From positions 10,187-74,186 of the forward strand of contig CAMLMR010000001.1 of the NCBI GenBank assembly GCA_946481335.1: a stretch of DNA of 64,000 bases, read 5' to 3'. The position numbers were made by a program, and so were the translations under genes. This DNA is from an uncultured Lactobacillus sp. (GTDB lineage: Bacteria > Bacillota > Bacilli > Lactobacillales > Lactobacillaceae). Every line of letters starts with the position of its first letter. Positions within the stretch are counted from its first letter, which is position 1. The notes under the pieces are model-generated. The model saw nothing but the letters and a program-made list of their open reading frames with translations, made no database searches and had not been told where the DNA came from. This document shows positions 39,501-48,700 of the stretch, piece after piece.

Positions 39501-42500
39501 GCCGCTGAATTAGCCAATGATGTTGCTGTGGATTGAGCTGAGGCTAATGATTGGGCAGATGCAATCGCATCGTTAACAGCTTTTTGCATTGCTGCTTGAG
39601 CTGATGATGATGCGTTTTCACTGTCAGCAATCGCCTTATTCTTAGCAGCTTCTAATACTGCTGCATTGGATGATGCTACAGAATTTGCTTGTTGTTGTGC
39701 CAAACTATTTGCAGCACTAACAGCACTTTCTACCGCTTTAGTTTGGGCAGCTTCGTATGATTGAGCCATTTGGGTTTGCTTGTCAGCATATGAACTGTTC
39801 AATGAATTAATTGCGTTTGAATTATTCAATGCCAATTGGCTAGCATAGCTTTGTAGTGAGCTAATGCTATTAGCCGCGTTTAGCGAATCCTTGCGGTAAG
39901 CGTCAGTCAAACTGCTTAGTTGATCTGAATATGAGTCGGCGATACTGTCGGCCCTACTGTTAGCAGCTGACATTGCTAAACTATTCTTAAGAACAGCTGC
40001 CAAACTATCAGCCATCAAACTACTAATCTTTGTGGAGTAGCTATTCATTTGAGAAGTAGCACTATCAATCTTAGATTGGGCAGCCAACGAACTAGCTTCT
40101 GAGTCCTTTTGCAGTCCTTCAATGTAACTGCTGTATGAATTAGCTAAAGATTGTCTTTCAGCGGCAACTGAACTTCTAGCGCTATCAGCAGCAACACTTT
40201 GTTCATATGAGTTCTTTGATTGTTCGGATGCAATTGATGCCGCCTTTGATGCAGCATTTGCAATAGCAGCTGATGATTGCAATGCTGCTTGCTGAGCTTC
40301 GCTTTGTGCCTTTGAAATTGTGGCGTTAAAGCTACCTTGCAAACTACTCAATTGACTTTCGTATTGAGTAACTTGGTTAGAAGCTTGAACTTGTTCGGCT
40401 TCTAGACTATCAATTACTGCTTCGTATGAAGCAACTACTGAGCTATAAGCACTTGAAGCAGCTGAGCTAGCTGCGCTAGCTTCACTGGATGAAGCGATAC
40501 TTTCAGCAGTGATACTACTAATTGCATCAGCATTGATACTTTTTTGGTAATTTGCGCTAGATTGTAAATCAGCCAATGACTTGTTGGCATCGGTAATTTC
40601 TTCTTTTAGTTGTTTAATAACCTTGTCATAGTCTTTATTCAAACTATTAATTTGTGCTTGATATGAATCGTTCAATACTTGTTGAGCGGAAGAAACCGCA
40701 ATACTCTTATCATTACTTGCAGCAGACGCAGCTGATTTAGCATCCGCAATTGATTGCTTAGTTAGACTACCAATCTTCTTATCGTTCTCAATAGATGTTG
40801 CAAGTGATTGTGCACTCGCAGCTTCTTCGGCTTGGCTCTTAGCCTTTGCAATTGCGTCGTTTACTGCTGATGACATCAATGATTGAGCGGCATTGGAGTC
40901 ACTAATTGCCTTTGCCTTCAAATCATCGATGGCTTTCGAGTTGGCAGCTGACATTTGTTGAATTTGATCGGAAGCTTGCTTAGAAGCAATATCTTGAGCG
41001 GACTTAACAGCTGCAGCAATAGCAGTTTGCGCACTGTTTGATGCACTAGTTAAATCTTGTTCATTCTTCTTGTTCAAAGCATCAACTGCAACCGAGTTAG
41101 CGCTACTTTGAGCAGCAAATTCAACGGAAGCTTGACTTGATGCTTCACTGGTTGCCTTTGCGGCAGCGTCGCTAATTGCTGTATTGGCACTACTTTGGTC
41201 TTGTTCTAATTGTTGTGCCTTTTGGGCATTAATTGCGGCAATGGCCTTTGAATTAGCTTCAGCCAATGATGATAGCTTAGAATCAGCTTCTGTTTGTGCT
41301 GATGATACAGCAGAATCGACTGCTGATTTAATGCTAGCTTGAGCATTTTTAGCTGCAGCTTCTGAGTCAGCTTTGGATTTGGCAGTTAAATCATCAATCG
41401 CCTTTGAATTAGCAATAGAAGTATTGTATGCTTCAGTGCTTGCGCTATCTTGGGCAGATTTAATTGCACTCTTCATTGTTTCTTCAGCTTGACTGGATGC
41501 GTTTGTTGAATCAAGTGCTGCTTGACTCTTCAAACTATCGATTGCGGCTGCATTAGATTGTGCAACAGCAATTGAATCTGCAGTAGCCTTTGCTTGAGCT
41601 TCTTGTTGGGCCTTAGCAACTGCTTCTGCAATTGCAGATTGAGCACTGTTTGATGCATTGATTGAGTCTTGTTGACCCTTTGCTTGAAGACTATTAATTA
41701 CATTCGCATTATCATCGGCAACTGATTTAGCCACTGAACTTGCTGAATCTTGTGCCGACTTAACGGCATCACTCATTGCCTTAGCAGCTGCATTAGAAGC
41801 ATTTACTAAACTAATATTGTATTGTGTTTGAAGATTATTAATTTGTTTTTCATTAGCCAATGAAGCTTCAATTGATTGCACCTTAGCGTTGCTTACTGCT
41901 ACAGATTGAGCACTTGATGCTGCTAATGAAATAGCTATTTGAGCACTGTTTGATGCATTGATTGAATCTTGTTGGCTTTTAGCTTGAAGACTACTAATTG
42001 CATTTGCATTATCATCAGCGATTGATTTAGCCACTGAACTTGCTGAATCTTGGGCTGACTTAATCGCACTTTGCACTGTTGATTGAGCGTTGCTAGATGC
42101 ATTAATTGAATCTTCTCTAGATTGATCTTGCAAACTCTTAACAGCTTTTGAGTTGCTGATTGATGTTGCAGTTGATTGTTCTGCAGCAGAATCGATTGCA
42201 GACTTAATTGCGCTGTTAATTGCTGAATTTGCACTTTGAGCAGCAGCCAAAGAATTCGATTCACTCTTTTGTTGTAGTGAACTAATAGCTGAATTATTAG
42301 CTTCAGTAATTGATTGAATTATGCTATCAGCACTTTGTTTAGCGGCAGCACTCGCTGATGATACAGCATTTGACAAAGCTTTAGCCGCTTGGTCAGCAGC
42401 TGCCTTGGAATCGGCTAAACTTTTGTTCTTAAGAACTTCAATTGCATTAGCATTTTCCATACTTTGTTTAGCAAAAGTATCGTTAGCTGAATTAGTAATG

Positions 42501-45500
42501 CTTGTAATTGCACTACTCAATGCTGTAGATGCAGCATTAGAAGCTGCAGTTGAGTCAGCAATGTATTGAGCTTGTTGAGCAGAACTGCTTTGCGCGAATT
42601 CTTGTCTCAATGATGCAATTGTGCTGTCTAAGATAAATTGTGCTGAAGAACTTACTGCAGTCGCAGTAGAACTTTGGGCACTTGTGACAGCTGCATTAGC
42701 TGAGTTGTTCAAATTTTGAACCGCTGTTTGATAGCTAGTTGTTAGACTATCAGTTAAGCTTTGGTTGGCACTAGTTAAATTAGCCATTGCTGTCACAGCC
42801 GAATTTTGGACGCTGGTAATTGTGCTCGAACGCAATGAGTCAGCTAGTGATTGAGCCGCCTTTGAATCAGCAATTGATTTTTGAGCAAAGTCATTAATCA
42901 TTTGTTGGATTTGCGCATTAATTTGTGCTGTCCTTTGACGATTAATTTCTTGCATTGAGTCTGTTGCTGATTGAATTGCAGCAGCCTTGTCAATCGCTGC
43001 TTGACTGGATGCAGCAGATAGACTGTCGTTAAATTGATTTTGAATTTGTGATAATTGTAGAGAATTTTGGGTGCTTATTTGATCTTGGATAGCTTTTGCA
43101 GATGATTGCAATGAGCTAATAGCTTGAGCCACCGCATTATTTTTATCGATTGCGGCTGAGTTAATAATGTTTTGCACTTGAATTGCAGCTGAATCAATCA
43201 ATGCTTGTTGGCTGTTAGCCGCATTAATTGATGCTTGTTGTGATGCCAAGGCTGCTTGTTGTGAAATATTATCAGCACGTTGTGATGCATCAGAAACTTG
43301 GCTTTGCAAAGCATTAATTGAATTTTGGTAATTAGCACTAGCAATTGCTGAATTACTTGCTGCAATACTGTTGGCAATTGAATTAGCGGTGCTAGAAGCT
43401 TGATTAATTGCATTAGCAATTGATTGAGCTAGTGCAGCCTTTGAATTGGCAATGTATGCAGCAGCTGATGAATCATTGGCAGCTGCGATTGAATCGGCAC
43501 TTTCTGGCTTTGGTTTTACATACATTAAGAAACCATACTTATCCTTTAACAAAGAACCTGTAAGGTAGTAGTTTGGATTCAAGTTATTGGCATTCAATAA
43601 TGATGCATTAAGTTGTTGAGGACTAGCAGCGTCATAAGAAGAAACCTTTGTTGGATCGTATGAATATGCAACAGTCCCTGTTCCATACGCATTTCCTTGA
43701 GAGTCAATAAAATCAACAGTTGTTGTTCCGTAAACATAGTTACCATTAACAGCAACTTGATATTGACCACCATTATTAATGACAGTTCCATCAACTAAGT
43801 GGTAGCTGTTGGAATCAAGATTTCCTAGATCGACTAGTCTTGGATTGTTATTGTTATCAAAGACGATGGTTCCGGTTCCATGAGTATTTCCTTTGCTATC
43901 AACGAAGGTAGCACTCATTGTCTTTCCAATGTTATTTGGAAGAACTTCCATTGTGAAGTTATCGTCGTTAGTATCCTTAATTAGTTGGGCGTTTGGACTG
44001 ATGTGGTAGTTACTGCTACCTAAATTTCCATAATCAACTAATTGAGGCACGTTGCTTCCACTAACGTTAACTTGACCAGTGTATGGATTACCGTTGCCAT
44101 CAAGAACGGCAACTCCGTTGTTGGTAAAAGTTACTGTTGATGTTCTCGCGTTCTTTAATACACCGATTGTGTAGACACCATTTGATGATTGTTGGGCAGA
44201 TGTATTGTAACCAACATGATAACCACTGGCGTTCAAACTAGTGGTATCACCCAATGTAGTAGTTCCGTCATCATTCAAGTAGACAGTTCCAGTAAGTGGA
44301 TTATTGTTGCTATCAGTCAAAACTTGGTTATTAGGTGTCACAAAGTTTAATGTTGCACTTTGTTGATTAACCACTACCGCATATTGACCACTGTTACGAC
44401 TATCGGCTGAAATGCTTGGGTTACTTGCATTTGGCACATAGTAATATTGAGTTTGTAAGTTACCCAATGTGTAAGTGTTTGTAATACTTCCGTCGTTATT
44501 GACGTTAACAGTCCCTGTCCCAACCTTTTTACCAGTCGTGCTGTAGAAGTTTAGTGGTTGTGGTGTCGCTGCAACCTTCAATGTAACAATATAGTTGTAG
44601 TTACCATCCATTTTTAGTTGTGAACCAACATTAGCTACATAGTTAGTTGAATTAATATTGTAGTAGTTAGTGACACTGTTCAAAGTATTATTGGAACTGT
44701 TTAGTACCGCCATCCCCATTGCTGTGGTACCATCGGTTCCGGTAAGTGATTTACCGTTGACATCATAGAAAACAACCGGAGTCAAAAATGTTGGATGCGT
44801 TCCCTTAGCTTCAACGGTAGCGTTTGCACTATATGCACTAACGGTAGGTGTTGAATTGACAGTTAGAACATATACGGTTGAGTTGTTAGGGTTATTTAAT
44901 TGGTTTACAGATTGATAAGGAGCTGAACTTAAGATTTGGAAATTATTTGGATTTGTATTATTAGGTACTAATCCACCAGAGGCACCAGATCCAGCAAATT
45001 GAGGGTTACCATTAGCATCATAGAAATAAACGGTGACAGGAGAACTATAGCTATCGCGGTAGCCTAGACCTTGTGCTAAATTAGCACGATACACAGCCGC
45101 ATTACTATCGATATCACTTTGTGCGGATGAAGCCATTTGATCAATTGCATCTTGGGCTTCAGATAAGCTAAGTCCACTTAGTGAGTTTTGGGTATTACTG
45201 CTTGAACTACTTTGGTTTACGCTAGTGTTATTACTTGAAACACTAGTTACGTTCGCAGATGAACTATTTGTTTCTGATGAAAAGCTACTTGCTTGCGTAT
45301 TTGATGAAACGTTGCTTGAGCTAGCAGATTGTGCAGTTGCTTTTGCACTGCTGCTTTTCACCACCGCAGCTTGTCCCCCGTTTTTAGAAGCAGCGCTCGC
45401 GTTTACTTGATTAGTCATCAAGGTAAAGCTGGCCGCACCAAAAAGAGCAAAGGAGGAAACGGATACTACGACCCAATTCTTCTTTACTTTTTTCATCATT

Positions 45501-45544
45501 TTCTTGTCATTAATTTTTCTAATTTTTTGCTTATTGTATTTCAT
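36530..45544 (-). CDS. Giant secreted surface protein (3004 aa): beta-repeat head, Ser/Ala/Gln-rich helical stalk, basic C-terminal module (DUF5776-like)
   Basis: Uninterrupted ORF; KKVKKNW signal peptide; about 7 beta modules; about 2100-aa periodic S/A/Q region; two ITRL.(L/I)G.G.Y..ANK C-terminal modules; no LPXTG. Confidence 0.9.
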   Translation of the reverse strand: MKYNKQKIRKINDKKMMKKVKKNWVVVSVSSFALFGAASFTLMTNQVNASAASKNGGQAAVVKSSSAKATAQSASSSNVSSNTQASSFSSETNSSSANVTSVSSNNTSVNQSSSSSNTQNSLSGLSLSEAQDAIDQMASSAQSDIDSNAAVYRANLAQGLGYRDSYSSPVTVYFYDANGNPQFAGSGASGGLVPNNTNPNNFQILSSAPYQSVNQLNNPNNSTVYVLTVNSTPTVSAYSANATVEAKGTHPTFLTPVVFYDVNGKSLTGTDGTTAMGMAVLNSSNNTLNSVTNYYNINSTNYVANVGSQLKMDGNYNYIVTLKVAATPQPLNFYSTTGKKVGTGTVNVNNDGSITNTYTLGNLQTQYYYVPNASNPSISADSRNSGQYAVVVNQQSATLNFVTPNNQVLTDSNNNPLTGTVYLNDDGTTTLGDTTSLNASGYHVGYNTSAQQSSNGVYTIGVLKNARTSTVTFTNNGVAVLDGNGNPYTGQVNVSGSNVPQLVDYGNLGSSNYHISPNAQLIKDTNDDNFTMEVLPNNIGKTMSATFVDSKGNTHGTGTIVFDNNNNPRLVDLGNLDSNSYHLVDGTVINNGGQYQVAVNGNYVYGTTTVDFIDSQGNAYGTGTVAYSYDPTKVSSYDAASPQQLNASLLNANNLNPNYYLTGSLLKDKYGFLMYVKPKPESADSIAAANDSSAAAYIANSKAALAQSIANAINQASSTANSIANSIAASNSAIASANYQNSINALQSQVSDASQRADNISQQAALASQQASINAANSQQALIDSAAIQVQNIINSAAIDKNNAVAQAISSLQSSAKAIQDQISTQNSLQLSQIQNQFNDSLSAASSQAAIDKAAAIQSATDSMQEINRQRTAQINAQIQQMINDFAQKSIADSKAAQSLADSLRSSTITSVQNSAVTAMANLTSANQSLTDSLTTSYQTAVQNLNNSANAAVTSAQSSTATAVSSSAQFILDSTIASLRQEFAQSSSAQQAQYIADSTAASNAASTALSSAITSITNSANDTFAKQSMENANAIEVLKNKSLADSKAAADQAAKALSNAVSSASAAAKQSADSIIQSITEANNSAISSLQQKSESNSLAAAQSANSAINSAIKSAIDSAAEQSTATSISNSKAVKSLQDQSREDSINASSNAQSTVQSAIKSAQDSASSVAKSIADDNANAISSLQAKSQQDSINASNSAQIAISLAASSAQSVAVSNAKVQSIEASLANEKQINNLQTQYNISLVNASNAAAKAMSDAVKSAQDSASSVAKSVADDNANVINSLQAKGQQDSINASNSAQSAIAEAVAKAQQEAQAKATADSIAVAQSNAAAIDSLKSQAALDSTNASSQAEETMKSAIKSAQDSASTEAYNTSIANSKAIDDLTAKSKADSEAAAKNAQASIKSAVDSAVSSAQTEADSKLSSLAEANSKAIAAINAQKAQQLEQDQSSANTAISDAAAKATSEASSQASVEFAAQSSANSVAVDALNKKNEQDLTSASNSAQTAIAAAVKSAQDIASKQASDQIQQMSAANSKAIDDLKAKAISDSNAAQSLMSSAVNDAIAKAKSQAEEAASAQSLATSIENDKKIGSLTKQSIADAKSAASAASNDKSIAVSSAQQVLNDSYQAQINSLNKDYDKVIKQLKEEITDANKSLADLQSSANYQKSINADAISSITAESIASSSEASAASSAASSAYSSVVASYEAVIDSLEAEQVQASNQVTQYESQLSSLQGSFNATISKAQSEAQQAALQSSAAIANAASKAASIASEQSKNSYEQSVAADSARSSVAAERQSLANSYSSYIEGLQKDSEASSLAAQSKIDSATSQMNSYSTKISSLMADSLAAVLKNSLAMSAANSRADSIADSYSDQLSSLTDAYRKDSLNAANSISSLQSYASQLALNNSNAINSLNSSYADKQTQMAQSYEAAQTKAVESAVSAANSLAQQQANSVASSNAAVLEAAKNKAIADSENASSSAQAAMQKAVNDAIASAQSLASAQSTATSLANSAALSSAVTKARTDSLAASSIAQSILNSAVASATQSVQNSANSVFASQSSANAQSLADAQSKSSSDSEAASSYAKSLIDDAVSSAKSAAKTVTDAQIQTIENSYAQALNDQASSYQASIIKASQAAESEKTDAVSSAQSVAQSIAIEQSKEVSSANSKALADAQRKALEDSMMAQSLYDIKLSAASSFAQQSITAALDSQSAANSQALSSAQQKAQDDSVSASSRAESVKNSALDSARQSAQDSANSLISSLNSANQAAISAAQLKAQQDSLAAVQSAENDVELAQSMERSVAAANIASLQAQFQSALSSANAQSLADSRAAQQKAEADIASAVESARSLSSAQAKAAIDSMNASNSSAQSAAEAKSIADSQSVAQSVQAAMQSAQSTAQSIAQSNMDSLSVANSQALSLAQQKAYNDSVFASQNAQSIQNSVVASARSTAQSIATQQSIATSKANEAALNQAMSKASADSEAASSVAQSIIDSTVNSASSSATSYAKSIADSYAQSFGDQVKSLNDKNDQQSRAASQAIEDVRNAMNSSAQAQFDSLAKSNADAAKAIKDKYDSLMANQRSSAQAEIDSATSSAASVARSVADSEIASKQAALESQYFASSNSANSEFASQIASLSSQVDRDKQAAVSAANSKADSLIAAMSTDYSSAIASLNAQRDAQLSSQAIENEAALSAAKSQAASQADVQAKLIKQTVTSEYETAIAFIKAKSEAASNEAYALQQSQLASQAQSLQAQYKDELAKATQSFNDRDAQSAKTIKQDQSDINDLQEQLNDIKKKNGKYYSINEPTNDYIVSAHKGVWVYEGTSFEKRNRKRFMAYGSQFHVEKVVESNGITRLSLGNGEYVSANKHYVSLKNDFDSVPKYVFSLNATRNHTSVHKVTGYKYSAGHLLLKVRGKYVDSYDYADGYYAVNKQNNKKSYRVIRRQGIVIYNSPSFTKKHAVGRIKAGAKIKVLKAVEYKNITRLYIGHGKYITANKTWINKE
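41641..42063. repeat. Imperfect direct repeat inside the stalk-coding region
   Basis: 41641-41763 versus 41941-42063: 110 of 123 nt identical by manual count, exactly 300 nt apart. Confidence 0.9.
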
Positions 45545-45741
45545 TGAAAGGGCACCTCCTTTAATAACATATGTAATAATCTCATCAAATGGTTCTTATA
45601 CAACGAATATAATATCTCATTAGAATGGACAAAACTTCTAAAAAAAGCCGTTTTTAATGAAACTTAAAAAAATAAATATCTTCTTAATAATTTATAAATT
45701 TTCTTTATTATTTATTAACCTAAGGCCTTGACATCATGTAT

Positions 45742-45783
45742 AAAAAAGACCCGTTAGGATCAATTCCTAACGAGTCTTTTTTT
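45742..45783 (-). terminator. Terminator after the 5649-aa gene
   Basis: aaaaaagac(c)cgttagga-tcaat-tcctaacg(a)gtcttttttt. Confidence 0.85.
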
Positions 45784-48700
45784 ATTTAATTCTATTTACC
45801 CAAGTCTTATTAGCAGTGATGTATTCACCGTGGCCAATGTAGAATCTGGTAATTCCATAGAATTTCATTACTTTTCTTACTCGCACTAATGTGTTCTTGC
45901 GGATGTGATTTACAGCATTGCGATTAGTAAATTTCTTAGCCTTGTGAACCAAGATTCCATGGTTTCTAATTACGAGAACTTGTTTAGTTGGACGTACATA
46001 GTATGCATGGATTGTGCCCTTAGCATTAATGAATCCCTTCTTGATACGGTACTTAGTGCCGTTCTTGGTATTAACGATTCTTAATACCTTGTATGCATTT
46101 GCCTTGTTTCTTGGTCTCTTGGCGAAGTACTTAACAGCATTTTTACGAGTGAAGTGAGTATTTACGTATACTCCACGTTTGTTAGTCCAGTATACATAAA
46201 GCGGTGTCTTCTTACGTCCTAATGCAACGTAAGTCTTGTTAGAAGTTACGTAACGGCCGTTGCCTAGGTATAGACGAGTAATACCGTAGAACTTAACAAC
46301 CTTCTTCACATGGATTAATGCACCTTGACGTAGTCTAGTTACACGTCTGCGATTGCCATAGTGGAACTTCTTATCGGTATGAACTAATACACCAGTCTTT
46401 CTGATTACACGGAATAATGAATGGTTGGTACGGTAGTATGCATCCCTAATATTCTTGTTGAAGTAGATGTATCCACCATCAACCTTCAAACGAGGATACT
46501 TATTATGATCTAAGACAACGCCTCTAACCTTGAAGACATGTGCTAATCTTCTTGGCTTCTTAGCATAGCCCTTCACACGGTTCTTAATTGTGAAGTGAGC
46601 TGAACTGTGTAGGTAAAGTCCCTTAACACTGTATACGTATGAAGGAGCCTTTCTCATCAATTCACTCTTGTATGCTTGCATATATCTGTTTACATAATCA
46701 GCATCTTTGTTCTTCATATTTTCAACAGGTAATAATTTAGCAGCACGACTGCGTCCAGCAGATTCAGGGGATTGACCTGCAAATGACTTAGTTGCGACTA
46801 CATGCATTGATGTAGTGCCATCACTATTAACAACTGTCTTAATGACTGTGTTTTCGTATGTGGTGTAATTGTAGCCATGACCATTATTAACAACCACTTT
46901 GTGTTGAACTGTTAATGAACCATCTTCATTGACGTGAGCAACAACGTTACCAATTGTAGAAGTACCGTCACTAGCATCGAAATGAACATTATCGACATTG
47001 ACAGTTCCGTCAGCATTGATTGGGAAGGATTCAACATGGTAGTCACCATCATTATCCTTAACAACCTTTGAACCAGCAGGAACAATGTACTTGCCATCTG
47101 ATGACTTAGTATTCTTAGTTACAACAATTTCACCCTTGTCGTTTCCCTTTACAGGAAGCTTACCAACAGATTGTGTATCCTTACCATCGTGGTTAAAGTG
47201 AACGTTATTGATTTCATCTTTTACCGGTGTCAATACAGGAGTAGTTGGTTCAGGTTCATTATTTGGAATAGTTTCACCAGTGTATCCAGGAATGTTGGAT
47301 TCAATTGTCTTGCTACCATCGTCATTAACGTGAACAGTGGCCGCATTTTCAATTGGTTGAGAATCAGCACCTGGACGAGCAGGTTCTTTTTGATTTTGTT
47401 CAATTGGTGTTGCTGAAACGTGATATGAAACGTTCTTGTGTGCATCCATTCCAATGGTAATTGGTTCACCAGCATCAGCTTGGTAAGCACGATTTGGCAC
47501 AGTTGGATCTGTCACAACCGCGGTCTTATCAACAGTTAAATCACCAGTATCTGGGTCAACCTTAGCCACTAACTTGCCAACTACCGACTTAGTCTTATCA
47601 TCCTTATCGTCAAAGAATGCATTTTCGATATCAATAGTGCCATCGGAATTCATTGATAACTTGTTACCAGTAACTTCGTATTCACCAGTAGCTTTATTCT
47701 TTGTGACAGCTGAACCAGCTGGAATGATGTAGTAGTTACCATCATTACCCTTAACTACCTTGGTCTTAGTTGTGGTAATGTTTCCATCATCATCAACTTT
47801 AGCCTTGAAGTTAGTTTGGGATTGTGGCTTACCACTAGCGTCATTGACGTTTGCGTTGGCAATTTCTACTTCACCATTACCATTTACAGGTAATGAGTTG
47901 CCATGATAAGTGCCATCATCATGCTTGGTAATGATTGTACCAGCTGGAATGATGTACTTGCCGTCAGATGACTTAGTAGTCTTAGTTACGACAATGTTGC
48001 CATCTGAATCACCCTTAACAGGCAAATCAGCTGAAGAACCAGTGTCCTTACCGTCATTGTCGAAGTGGACATTAGATGCTGTGGCTTGAACTGGTGTCAA
48101 GATAGCATGACTAGTATCTTCATCGGCTGGTAAGTTGGTTTGACCCTTGAAACCAGGAACGTTAGAAATGATGTTCTTAGTTCCGTCACCATTATAGTGT
48201 AGTGTAGCTGCATCAGATTGAGTCTTACCGTTTTCACCTAATTGAGCAGGAATCTTTGCATCTTGTTGAATTGGAGTGGCATCAACGTGGTATTCAACTC
48301 CGCCTTTGCCATCAGGTTTAATAATAATAGTGTCACCGGAGTTAACCTTGTATGCCTTGTTTGGATCAGTTGGGTCCAATACTACAGTATCGTTCTTAAC
48401 GGTTAGCTTACCAGTGTTTTCATCAACGTTAGCAACCAAACTACTGATGGTTCCCTTACCAGGTTCGAACTTATCGTCGTAATGAGCATTGTCGATAGTT
48501 ACGGTTCCGTTATTAACAGGAAGAGCGGTTCCAGGAACTTCATATTCTCCAGTTGATGGGTTCTTAGTTACCTTTGAACCAGCTGGGATGATGTAGTCAT
48601 TGCCATCATCACCCTTGGCGATTTCATCCTTAGCAGTTGTGATGTTACCTTGGTCGTCGACCTTAGCCACAATGTCCTTGTGAGCCTTAGTATCACCCTT

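Noticed and set aside
37140-43500. Classification of the 3004-aa protein as a canonical SRRP
   Set aside because: There are no (Ser-X)n dipeptide tracts, no LPXTG and no accessory Sec genes in the window; the periodicity is helical.
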